A DNA stretch of 64,000 nucleotides from an uncultured Candidatus Rokubacteria bacterium (GTDB lineage Bacteria > Methylomirabilota > Methylomirabilia > Rokubacteriales > CSP1-6), in NCBI GenBank assembly GCA_963762145.1, contig CAVXJS010000017.1, positions 52,741 through 116,740 of the forward strand, written 5' to 3'. The notes beneath the pieces were generated by a model that saw only the letters and a list, made by a program, of their open reading frames with translations, made no database searches and was not told the DNA's origin. This document shows positions 48,030 through 56,702 of this stretch, piece by piece. The translations under genes and the position numbers were made by a program. Every line of letters begins with the position of its first letter. Position 1 is the first letter of the stretch.

Positions 48030-49172
48030 CTACCAGAGCTCACGCGAGGCGAGGCGCGCGCCCTCGGCCAGGGTCGCCAGCTTCGCCCACACGATGTCGG
48101 GGTCCACCGCGGCCTGGCCGACCCAGGTACCGAACCCGCAGTCGGTGCCGGCCAGGACGTTCTCGCGCCCGACCAGCCGCGCGTAGCGGCCGATCCGCTC
48201 CGCGACCAGCTCGGGGTGCTCGATGAAGTTGGTCGTCGAGTCGATCACTCCGGGGATGATGAGCTTGTCCGGGGGCAGCTTCACGCGCTCGAAGACCCGC
48301 CACTCGTGCCCGTGCCGGGGGTTGGCGGCTTCGAAGGAGACGGCCTGGGGCCGGGCCGCGAGGACGAGGTCGAGGATGTCGGCGAGGGGCACGTCGTAGT
48401 GATGCGGCCCCTCGTAGTTGCCCCAGCACAGGTGGATGCGGAGCTGCGCGGGCGGGATGTTGGCCACCGCGTGATCCAGCGCCGCGAGGTGCAGGCGGGC
48501 CATCTTCCGGAACTCCTCCAGGCCGAGGTCGGCGAACTGGATGTGGCGGCCCATGCCCAGGTCCGGACAGTCCAGCTGCAGGGTGAAGCCGGCCCGCGCC
48601 ACCGTCTCGTACTCGTGGCGCATGGCCTCCGCGATCGCGAACAGGTAGGCCTCGTGGTTGCGGTAGTGGTCGTCTCTGAAGAAGAGGGAGATCACGCCGG
48701 GGGACGCCGCGCTCATGAACACGTCCTGGACCTCGACCGAGCGGAGCGCCGTCTTCAGATTGTCCACGTCGACCTGGGCCGCCTCCCGGTCGCGCAGCCC
48801 GATCGGGCCGGTGCAGGCCGGTGTCTTCCGGCGCGACCGGCCCGGATCGTTGAAGACCCGCTTGGCCATCTCCGGAAAGTCCACCAGGTCGCGGTACTGG
48901 AGCGCCTGGCTGGTGCCGTCGAACCCGCTCAGCCGGTCCTTGATGTAGGTGGCATAGCTCGGCTTGCTCAGCTCTCCGTCGTTGACGACGGTGATGCCGG
49001 CGTCGGTCTGCTTGCGGACGATCTCCGCCACCGCGGCGCGAATGCGCGCGGCCAGCGCGGGCCCGTCGACCGGCACCCCTTCCTCCCGCGCGAACATCAT
49101 GCGGATCAGGTCGGCCGGCCGTGGGAGGCTGCCGGTGTGGGTCGTCAGGATGCGGTCGAGGCTGCGTTTCAT
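48030..49172 (-). CDS. Cobalamin-independent methionine synthase II family (single-barrel MetE-like) protein
   Basis: TTHTGSLPRP, DGE, LQLDCPDL, HLCWGNY, EAANPRH.HEW, DCGFG. Confidence 0.93.
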   Translation of the reverse strand: MKRSLDRILTTHTGSLPRPADLIRMMFAREEGVPVDGPALAARIRAAVAEIVRKQTDAGITVVNDGELSKPSYATYIKDRLSGFDGTSQALQYRDLVDFPEMAKRVFNDPGRSRRKTPACTGPIGLRDREAAQVDVDNLKTALRSVEVQDVFMSAASPGVISLFFRDDHYRNHEAYLFAIAEAMRHEYETVARAGFTLQLDCPDLGMGRHIQFADLGLEEFRKMARLHLAALDHAVANIPPAQLRIHLCWGNYEGPHHYDVPLADILDLVLAARPQAVSFEAANPRHGHEWRVFERVKLPPDKLIIPGVIDSTTNFIEHPELVAERIGRYARLVGRENVLAGTDCGFGTWVGQAAVDPDIVWAKLATLAEGARLASRELW

Positions 49173-49194
49173 CGCTCGGATCCTCCGGGGCGCA

Positions 49195-49521
49195 TCAGGG
49201 ATGCGGCCCCCACGGGGCCGCGGTCAGGAGCTTGACCTCCTGGGACATGAGCAGGGGCCGGAACTTCACCGCGAAGCCTTCGACGAAGTCCTTGTTGGCG
49301 AAGACCGCGGCCCAGTGCGCGCGACGGTCGGCGTCGTCGTCGAACTTCCAGAGATGGACGAGCTGATTGACCATGCCCGTGTCGGCCTGGAAGTAGCCGA
49401 TCAGCTTCTTGTCCTGGCCGCCCTTCTGCAGCGCGGGGTAGCCGAGCTCGGTATAGAGCTTGACCGCCTCGCCCATCTTTCCGACGTGCAGCGTGTAGGT
49501 CCGCATCTCGTAGAGTGCCAT
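49195..49521 (-). CDS. NIPSNAP family protein
   Basis: YEMRTY, G.VNQLVHLWKFDDDADRR; SD AGGAGG. Confidence 0.92.
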   Translation of the reverse strand: MALYEMRTYTLHVGKMGEAVKLYTELGYPALQKGGQDKKLIGYFQADTGMVNQLVHLWKFDDDADRRAHWAAVFANKDFVEGFAVKFRPLLMSQEVKLLTAAPWGPHP

Positions 49522-49577
49522 GGGTTCCTCCTGGGGTTGGTGGGGCCTATGGTGGGGCCTGACTCCCGAGGCCGGGC

Positions 49578-51197
49578 TCAGCCGAGCCGGCGGCGGGCCT
49601 CGGCGCGCAGCTCGATCTTGCGGATCTTGCCGCTCGACGTCATCGGATAGGCGTCGACGAAGAAGACGTGCTTGGGGATCTTGAAGCTCGCGATGCGACC
49701 CCGCAGACGCCCGAGCAGCGCGTCGGCGGGCAGGTGGTGGCCCGGCTCGCGGATCACGAACGCCACCGGCACCTCGGCCAGGCGCGGATCCGGGTAGGCG
49801 ACCACCGCCGCGTCGCGGACCTCCGACATGTTCCGCAGATACGCCTCGACCTCGGCCGGCGACACGTTCTCGCCCCCGACCTTGAGCATGTCCTTGTAGC
49901 GGCCCATGAACACGAGGTATCCGTCGTCCCGGATGACGGCCATGTCCCCGGTGTGCATCCAGCCCTCGGGGTCGATCGCGGCCGCGGTGGCCTCGGGCTT
50001 GTCCCAGTAGCCGTCCATGACGGTGTAGCCGCGCACGAGCAGCTCGCCGGGCACGCCGGGCGGCTGCTCGGTTCCGGTCTCGGGGTCGATCACCCGGTGC
50101 TCGCAGTCGTTCATGGGGTACCCGGAGGCGTGCACGCGCTGCTCGCGGGTCGAGGACGCGGGGTCGCAGGAGACGAAGGCCCACGTCTCGCTCATGCCCC
50201 AGCCGCTCACGGTCGGACCGAACACGTCCTGCACCTGGTCGGCGATCGGCACCGTGCTCAGGACGCCGGAGGGCAGGGTGCCGAGGCGCAGGGCGAGCCG
50301 GCGCGGCCGGCGCGCCTGCTCGGTCAGCAGGTCGAGCCAGTGCGCCTCGAACCCGTGGAGGACGGTGGCCCGCTCCTGCTCGGCCAGATCGAGGGCGCGC
50401 TCGGCGTCGAAGACGTCCATCAGGATCTGCTTGGCGCCGACCAGCACCGCGCCCATGGTGATCTCGGAATAGCCATAGATGTGGAAGAGAGGGAGGTAGC
50501 TCATGTGGACGTCGTGCATCGTCATGCCGAACAGCTGGGCCCGCTCGTGCGTGTTGCGGATCGGGCGATGCGAGTGCACCGCGCCCTTGGGATGGCCGGT
50601 CGTGCCCGAGGTGTAGCAGATGACCATGCGCCCGTCCGGATCGACCGCGGTCTTGCGGGCCGCGAGGGCCGGCGCGTCGACGCCGGCGCCGGCGTTCATG
50701 AAGGCCGTCCAGTCCGTGGCGTGATCGAGGCGGGGCTCGCCCAGGACGACCACCCGCCTCAGATCCGGATACCCGTCGACGGCCAGCGTTCCGTCGCCGC
50801 GGCGGGCCAGGGCGGGCATGGTCTCCATCAGCATGCCCTGGTAGTCGACCGGTCCCGACCGGTCGAGGGTGATCAGCGTCCCGCTGCGGGACTGGCGCAG
50901 GGTGTACGCGACGTCGTCGGTGCGGTAGCGGGTGTTCAGCGGGACCAGGCAGGCGCCGATCTGCGCGACCGCGAACATCACGAACACCCATTCGGGGCGG
51001 TTCGTCATCCAGAGCGCGACGTTCTCGCCGGGCTCCACGCCGAGCGCCATCAGGGCCCGCGCGACGCGGTCGGTCTCGGCGTTCAGCTCGGCGTACGTCC
51101 ACCGCCGGGATTCGAAGACCAGGGCCTCGCGCGGCCCCCAGCGCCGAGCCGCTTCGTCCAGGATGCCGCCCAGCGTGCGCTTCCGATCCCACTCCAT
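49578..51197 (-). CDS. AMP-binding acyl-CoA synthetase
   Basis: YTSGTTGHPKG, WGMSET, WMHTGD, GRYKDMLKVGGENV, SGKIRK. Confidence 0.95.
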   Translation of the reverse strand: MEWDRKRTLGGILDEAARRWGPREALVFESRRWTYAELNAETDRVARALMALGVEPGENVALWMTNRPEWVFVMFAVAQIGACLVPLNTRYRTDDVAYTLRQSRSGTLITLDRSGPVDYQGMLMETMPALARRGDGTLAVDGYPDLRRVVVLGEPRLDHATDWTAFMNAGAGVDAPALAARKTAVDPDGRMVICYTSGTTGHPKGAVHSHRPIRNTHERAQLFGMTMHDVHMSYLPLFHIYGYSEITMGAVLVGAKQILMDVFDAERALDLAEQERATVLHGFEAHWLDLLTEQARRPRRLALRLGTLPSGVLSTVPIADQVQDVFGPTVSGWGMSETWAFVSCDPASSTREQRVHASGYPMNDCEHRVIDPETGTEQPPGVPGELLVRGYTVMDGYWDKPEATAAAIDPEGWMHTGDMAVIRDDGYLVFMGRYKDMLKVGGENVSPAEVEAYLRNMSEVRDAAVVAYPDPRLAEVPVAFVIREPGHHLPADALLGRLRGRIASFKIPKHVFFVDAYPMTSSGKIRKIELRAEARRRLG

Positions 51198-51250
51198 AGG
51201 CGGGGTGATCCTGCCAGAGACGCGCGGAGGGGTCAAATGCCCGGCGCGGC

Positions 51251-51279
51251 TTGCCCCCGGAGGCCGGACCCGGTACGAT
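51251..51279 (+). promoter_or_regulatory. Sigma-70-type promoter for a leaderless transcript
   Basis: TTGCCC-N17-TACGAT, 7 nt before ATG 51287; no SD. Confidence 0.55.
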
Positions 51280-51286
51280 CGCGCGC

Positions 51287-52291
51287 ATGAACTTCGGACT
51301 GATCGTCTCGAAGCAGCACCCGCCGGGCGTGTCCATGGTCGATCGCTTCCGCGAGCACGTCGAGCAGGTCCGGGCGGCCCGGGACGCGGGCTTCGACCTC
51401 ATCGTGATGGGGCAGCACTTCCTCTCGACGCCGTTCCAGGAGGTGCAGAGCCTGCCCGCGCTGGCGCGGCTCGCCGCGGAGACGGGCACCATGCGGGTCG
51501 GCGCCACCGTGGTGCTCCTGCCGCTGTTCAGCCCGGTGGACGTGGCCGAGCAGGTCGCCACCCTCGACGTCATCACCGAGGGCCGCTTCATCTTCGGCGT
51601 GGGCCTCGGCTATCGCGAGGAGGAGAACGAGGCATTCGGGGTGGCGCCCAAGGAGCGGGTGGGGCGTCTGGTGGAGAGCCTGGAGGTCATCAAGCGCCTC
51701 TGGTCGGAGGACGAGGTGACGCACCACGGCCGCTTCTTCCACCTCACCCGGGCGCGCATGATGCTGCGCCCGGTGCAGCGGCCGCATCCCCCGATCTGGT
51801 TCGCGGCCAACAACGATGCCGCGGTGGTGCGGGCGGCGCGCCTGGGCGACACCTGGGTGATCAACCCGCACGCCAAGCTCGCGGTGCTCGAGCGGCAGAT
51901 CGGGGTATACCGCGAGGCGCTGCGCGCGGCCGGCCGGCCGTTTCCGGCCGAGCTGCCGATCATCAAGGAGCTGTACGTGGCCCCCGATCGCCGCTCCGCG
52001 CTCCAGGAATGCCGGCCGTTCCTCGAGGCCAAGTACAAGGCCTATGCCTCGTGGGGTCAGGACAAGGCGCTGCCCGAGGGCGACAGCTTTTCCCACGAGT
52101 TCGAGGAGCTCGTGGCGGACCGCTTCATCGTGGGCGATCCCGACGACGCCGTCCGCGAGATCAAGCGCTACTCGGAGCGGCTCGGCGCCAACTCCTTCAT
52201 CTTCCGGGTCCAGTGGCCAGGGATGGAGCAGGCCAAGGTGCTGCGCACCATCGAGCTCCTGGCCACTCGCGTGTTCCCCGCGCTGCGCTGA
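51287..52291 (+). CDS. LLM class flavin-dependent oxidoreductase
   Basis: GFDLIVMGQHFL, PVDVAEQVATLDVITEGRFIFGVGLGY, PVQRPHPPIW. Confidence 0.93.
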   Translation: MNFGLIVSKQHPPGVSMVDRFREHVEQVRAARDAGFDLIVMGQHFLSTPFQEVQSLPALARLAAETGTMRVGATVVLLPLFSPVDVAEQVATLDVITEGRFIFGVGLGYREEENEAFGVAPKERVGRLVESLEVIKRLWSEDEVTHHGRFFHLTRARMMLRPVQRPHPPIWFAANNDAAVVRAARLGDTWVINPHAKLAVLERQIGVYREALRAAGRPFPAELPIIKELYVAPDRRSALQECRPFLEAKYKAYASWGQDKALPEGDSFSHEFEELVADRFIVGDPDDAVREIKRYSERLGANSFIFRVQWPGMEQAKVLRTIELLATRVFPALR

Positions 52292-52308
52292 GGCCCGGCG
52301 CGCTCCCG

Positions 52309-55300
52309 TCACCTCAGCCGGCTCGCTTCCGCCTCCGCCTTCTGCAGCCAGTACCGCATGTCCATCTCGCGGTACATCGTCATCGCGGTCCCGAGCCGCT
52401 CGTAGGCCTCCTGCCGCCGGCCGGTACGCCAGTGGAGCTGCCCGATCCCCAGGTGGCAGTGCGCGATCAGGGGACGCATGCCGTGGGCCTCCGCGATGGC
52501 CATGGCGTCACGGAAGTGCGCCTCGGCGCGCTCGGCCTGCACGGACCCGTCCTTCGAGACGATCTCCCCGAGCAGCCGCAGGGCCCACGCTTCGTGTCCA
52601 CGCTCGCCGCGCTCGCGGGCCAGGGCGACCGCCCGGTGCGCGGTCTCGAGGGCTCGGTCGACTCTCCCGCTGAGCACGAGCGTCTCGCCGAGGTGGATCT
52701 GGCGGACCGCCTCGTACACCGCGAGGCCCGAAGCCGCCGCCTGGGCGATCCCTTCGTGGTGCAGGGCACTCGCCTCCGTGAGCTGCCCGCCGAACGCATA
52801 CGCCGATCCCAGCCACCCCGCGGCGGCCGCGAACAATGTCCGGAAGCCGCCCCCGCCTTTCGAGAGCGCGACGGCATCCTCGAGCACGCCCCGGGCGCGC
52901 ATCCAGTCACCCTGGCGCAGCGTCGCGATCCCGAGGCCGATCTTGGCCACGACCCGGTAGAACGGATGCTCGAGCGCGTCGGCCTCCCGCACCCCCTCCT
53001 CCGCGGTGCCCATCGCCTCTTCGAACAGTCCGAGCTCGGCGAGGTTCCACACGAGCCAGGAGCGAGAGTAGTTCGACAGCAGCGCCGGATTCGCGAAGCG
53101 TCCCTTGCGCCGCTCCACCGACCCGGGCACGGTGTTCGGTCGAACGATGTCGGCGCTGCGTCGATACTGTCCGATCGCGTGACAGATCATGCCGAGATGC
53201 GTGGTCGCCTCGAGCAGGAGGCCGGGGGCCGCGAGCTTGCGCGCGCTGTCGAGGGCCTGCTCCCCGTATTCGAGGGCGCGGTCCAGGGCGCCCACGAGGA
53301 AGTAGTGCTCCGCGATGTAGGTCATCGCCCGGGTGTGCCGGCGCTCGTCCTTGACTCGCAGCGCCATCTCGCGCGCTTCCTCGAGCCGGGCGAGCAGCTC
53401 CCGGACCTCTCCGTACTGCGCGAGCGTGTTCCGGATGCCGAACCGCAGATCGATGCCAGTGGTGATCGCGCCTTCGCTCTCCGGGAGGTGACGCAGCGCC
53501 GCCAGGGCTTGCTCGAAGCACGTCGCAGCTTCACGCAGGGCGCCCTGCTCCACGGCTTGAATCCCGGCCTGGGTGGAGTACATGACGGCCCGGTCCCACG
53601 CCTCGCCGCGAAGCAGGTGCTGGGCGAGGGCCGCGACGTGCTGGCTGAGCCGATCGGGCGGCGCCTCCTCCATCACCGCGGCGATCCGGAGATGAAACTC
53701 CCGGCGGCGGCCGAGGAGGAGACCGCGGTAGGCGACGTCGTGGGTCACCGCGTGCCGGAACGCGTACTCCTGCTCCGGCAGGAGACGCTCTTCATAGAGG
53801 AACTCGCCCGCCTGCAGGCGCCCCAGGCTGGCCTGCAGGTCCTGGTCCGGTAGCCCCGCGACGGCCCGGAGCGCGGAGACGGGCACACCGGTCCCGATCA
53901 CAGAGGCGATCTGCAGCACGTACTTGTCTTCCGGCATCAGGCGATCGATCCGGGCCGCCAGCAGCGTCTGGAGGGTGCCGGGGATCTCGAGCCCCGTGAT
54001 CGGCGCGGCCAGGGTGTAGGACCCCCGGTAGCCCGCCAGCGCGCCGGTCTCGACGAGGGTGCGGATGCTCTCCTCGAGGAAGAACGGGTTCCCGTCGGCC
54101 CAGGCGGTGAGGCGATGCTTGAGAGGGTCGAGCAGCGGGTCGTCGCCCAGGAGGGCCCCGAGGAGCCGTTCGGCGCTCGCGCCCCGGAGCGGATCGATCC
54201 GCAGCTGCGAGTAGTACGTCCGGTTGTTCCAGCTGTGGTGGTATTCGGGCCGGTAGCTGAGCAGGAGCAGCACCCGGGTCTTGGGCAGGCTCTCGACCAG
54301 CGTGTCCAGCACGATCTGCGTCTCCGAGTCGACCCAGTGGAGGTCCTCGACCACGATCAGGAGGGGCTGCCGGCGGCTCTCCTGGAACAGCACGCGCCGG
54401 ATGGCATCGAGTATCCGGTGGCGGCGATGGAGCGGATCCAGCTCCTGCCATTGACTGTCATCCGACACGACACCGAGGACCGACAGAAGGGCGGGGAGCT
54501 CCGACAGGAGCGCGCGATCGAGACCCTCGATGGTGCTCGTGGCCTTCTCGAGGGTCGCGGGAATGTCGTCCATCGGCTCGATGTGGAAGTACGAGCGCAA
54601 GAGCTCGATCGTGGCGAGGTAGGGCGTGTCGGTCCCGTAGGAGAGGCAGCTGGCTTCGAGCAGCGTGAAGTCCCGGGCGGATTCGGAGCGCGCGAACTCC
54701 CACAGGACCCGGGACTTGCCCACCCCGGCCTCACCGACGACGGAGACCACCTGGCCGAGCCCGCTCCGGGCGAGGGCGAGCGCCTGCTCGAGCTGAGCCA
54801 TCTCGCCGGCCCGGCCCACGAACCGCGTCAGGCCGCGCGCCGCCGCGGCCTGGAGCGTCGTGCGGACGGCCCCGACGTCGACCAGCTCGTAGGCCTCGAC
54901 CGGCTCCTGAAGACCCTTGACCGGGATCCGGCCCAGAGGCCTGGTGACGACGTACCCCTGGGTGAGATCGAGGGTGTCCGCGGAGATGAGAATCGAGCCC
55001 GGGGTCGCGGCCTGCTCCAGTCGAGAAGCCAGGTGGGTCGTCATGCCGACCGCGGTGTAGTCGATCTTCAGGTCCGAGCCGATCGATCTCACGACGACCT
55101 CGCCGGAATTGAGGCCGACCCGGATCTGGGGTGCGGCCCGGCCCGGCCCGGCCACCGCGACGCCGTGCGCTCGTAGCGATTCCTGCATCCGGAGGGCCGC
55201 GAAGCACGCGCGCACCGCGTGGTCCTCGTGGGAGATCGGCGCGCCGAAGAGCGCCATGATGCCGTCACCCATCACCTGATTGACGGTACCTTCGTAGCGG

Positions 55301-55686
55301 TGGACCGCGTCCATCATCTGCTCGAGCACGGGATCGAGGATCCGGCGCGCCTCCTCGGGATCCTGTCCGGCCAGGAGCTCCATCGATTCCTTCATGTCCG
55401 CGAACAGCACCGTCACGCGCTTGCGCTCGCCCTCGAGGAGGCTCCTGGAGGAGCGAATCTTCTCGGCGAGATGCCGGGGCGTGTAGGTGTGGGGGGAATC
55501 GAACCGGACGGGAGGCGATCCCGGTCGATCAGTCTGGATCAGGGACAGACCGCAGTTTCCGCAGAACTTCGCACCCACCCGGTTCGCTTCACCGCAAGCG
55601 GAGCAGGTGACTTCGAGACGGGTTCCACACTCGTCACAGAAACCAGTCTCGCGCGGGTTCTCGTGCTGACAGCGCGGACACCGCAT
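52309..55686 (-). CDS. Double zinc ribbon-class III cyclase-AAA (STAND-like) ATPase-TPR protein
   Basis: Four CxxC; LFAD, MGDG, DYTAVG..HLASRL; GEAGVGKSR; VEDLHW.D; GNPFF.EE; C-terminal TPRs. Confidence 0.95.
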   Translation of the reverse strand: MRCPRCQHENPRETGFCDECGTRLEVTCSACGEANRVGAKFCGNCGLSLIQTDRPGSPPVRFDSPHTYTPRHLAEKIRSSRSLLEGERKRVTVLFADMKESMELLAGQDPEEARRILDPVLEQMMDAVHRYEGTVNQVMGDGIMALFGAPISHEDHAVRACFAALRMQESLRAHGVAVAGPGRAAPQIRVGLNSGEVVVRSIGSDLKIDYTAVGMTTHLASRLEQAATPGSILISADTLDLTQGYVVTRPLGRIPVKGLQEPVEAYELVDVGAVRTTLQAAAARGLTRFVGRAGEMAQLEQALALARSGLGQVVSVVGEAGVGKSRVLWEFARSESARDFTLLEASCLSYGTDTPYLATIELLRSYFHIEPMDDIPATLEKATSTIEGLDRALLSELPALLSVLGVVSDDSQWQELDPLHRRHRILDAIRRVLFQESRRQPLLIVVEDLHWVDSETQIVLDTLVESLPKTRVLLLLSYRPEYHHSWNNRTYYSQLRIDPLRGASAERLLGALLGDDPLLDPLKHRLTAWADGNPFFLEESIRTLVETGALAGYRGSYTLAAPITGLEIPGTLQTLLAARIDRLMPEDKYVLQIASVIGTGVPVSALRAVAGLPDQDLQASLGRLQAGEFLYEERLLPEQEYAFRHAVTHDVAYRGLLLGRRREFHLRIAAVMEEAPPDRLSQHVAALAQHLLRGEAWDRAVMYSTQAGIQAVEQGALREAATCFEQALAALRHLPESEGAITTGIDLRFGIRNTLAQYGEVRELLARLEEAREMALRVKDERRHTRAMTYIAEHYFLVGALDRALEYGEQALDSARKLAAPGLLLEATTHLGMICHAIGQYRRSADIVRPNTVPGSVERRKGRFANPALLSNYSRSWLVWNLAELGLFEEAMGTAEEGVREADALEHPFYRVVAKIGLGIATLRQGDWMRARGVLEDAVALSKGGGGFRTLFAAAAGWLGSAYAFGGQLTEASALHHEGIAQAAASGLAVYEAVRQIHLGETLVLSGRVDRALETAHRAVALARERGERGHEAWALRLLGEIVSKDGSVQAERAEAHFRDAMAIAEAHGMRPLIAHCHLGIGQLHWRTGRRQEAYERLGTAMTMYREMDMRYWLQKAEAEASRLR

Positions 55687-55754
55687 GCCGGGAGCCTCCC
55701 CGCGCCTCGCTTGGCAACCAGTGACGCGAGCTTAGTCCTCCGCGATCAGGCGGG

Positions 55755-56192
55755 TCAACCGCGTCGTGACGGGAGCGCCGCGACGAAGGTGCCGCTGATG
55801 AGGGTCTCGCCCTTCTGGTTGACGGCCTCGAGCTCGCCCTCCACCAGCTTCTCGCCCGCCTGCTCGAGCTTGCGGGTCACGGTGCCCCGGCAGACCACGT
55901 CGTCGCCCGGCCAGGCCCGCGTCGAGAAGCGCACCTTGTAGCGCCGCACGTTGGGCCGTCCCGCGAACGCGGTGACCACCCGGCTCAGGATGCCCGCGTT
56001 GAGCATGCCCATGGCGAACACGGTGGGGTTCCCCGAGGCCTCCGCGAAGGTCTGGTCGTGATGGATCGGGTTGAAGTCGCCGGAGGCCCCCGCGTACCGC
56101 ACGAAGTCGGTCCGGGTGAGCTTGTCGACGCGGATCTCGGGCAGGGCATCGCCCTCCTTGACGTCTTCCCAGAAGCGCTTGGTCGCGGGCAT
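55755..56192 (-). CDS. MaoC family dehydratase (catalytic subunit)
   Basis: RYAGASGDFNPIHHD, AMGML. Confidence 0.92.
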   Translation of the reverse strand: MPATKRFWEDVKEGDALPEIRVDKLTRTDFVRYAGASGDFNPIHHDQTFAEASGNPTVFAMGMLNAGILSRVVTAFAGRPNVRRYKVRFSTRAWPGDDVVCRGTVTRKLEQAGEKLVEGELEAVNQKGETLISGTFVAALPSRRG

Positions 56193-56207
56193 GGCGGCGG
56201 TCTCCCT

Positions 56208-56666
56208 CTAGTCCTTGACGACCTGGCCGGTCTCGATGCCGACGGCGCGCGCGCGGGCCACCAGCGCGCCCTTGGCGTTGCGGTACTCCGTCTCCGTCAC
56301 CGCGAAGGTCATGGAGCCGCCGCGCTTGCCCGGCTTCTCGTACACGTCGACGATCTTGCTCACCGCGGTGAGCACGTCGCCCGCGTGGATGGGGGCGAGG
56401 AACTCGAACTCCTGCTCCCCGTGCAGCACGCGCTTGAGGTCGAAGGGCAGGCGCGGCCGGCCCCGCCCGTCGTCCCAGTGCGAGACGGTCTGCAAGAATG
56501 TCACCGGCGGCATGATCCCGCCGGCCTCTTTCGCCGCGTGGCCCTCGTCGTAGTACAGCGGATCATCGTCCTTGATGGCGCGCGCGAACTCCTGGATCTT
56601 GCCGCGCTCCACGTGCATGGTCACGGGCTCGCCCGTCCTGCCGATGGCGCTCTTGTCGACCGGCAT
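56208..56666 (-). CDS. MaoC-like dehydratase, N-terminal/FAS1-type subunit
   Basis: VERGKI.EFA.AI..DPLY.D, PP.TF, LHGEQEFE...PI.AGD. Confidence 0.9.
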   Translation of the reverse strand: MPVDKSAIGRTGEPVTMHVERGKIQEFARAIKDDDPLYYDEGHAAKEAGGIMPPVTFLQTVSHWDDGRGRPRLPFDLKRVLHGEQEFEFLAPIHAGDVLTAVSKIVDVYEKPGKRGGSMTFAVTETEYRNAKGALVARARAVGIETGQVVKD

Positions 56667-56702
56667 CGCATCCTCCTGGGGTGGCTCGGCGTCGCGAGCC
56701 GG

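Noticed and set aside
49538-49560. 11-bp tandem repeat TGGTGGGGCCT (also a 12-bp repeat at 5014-5040)
   Set aside because: Two-copy local duplications with no further structure; the second lies in a disordered linker.
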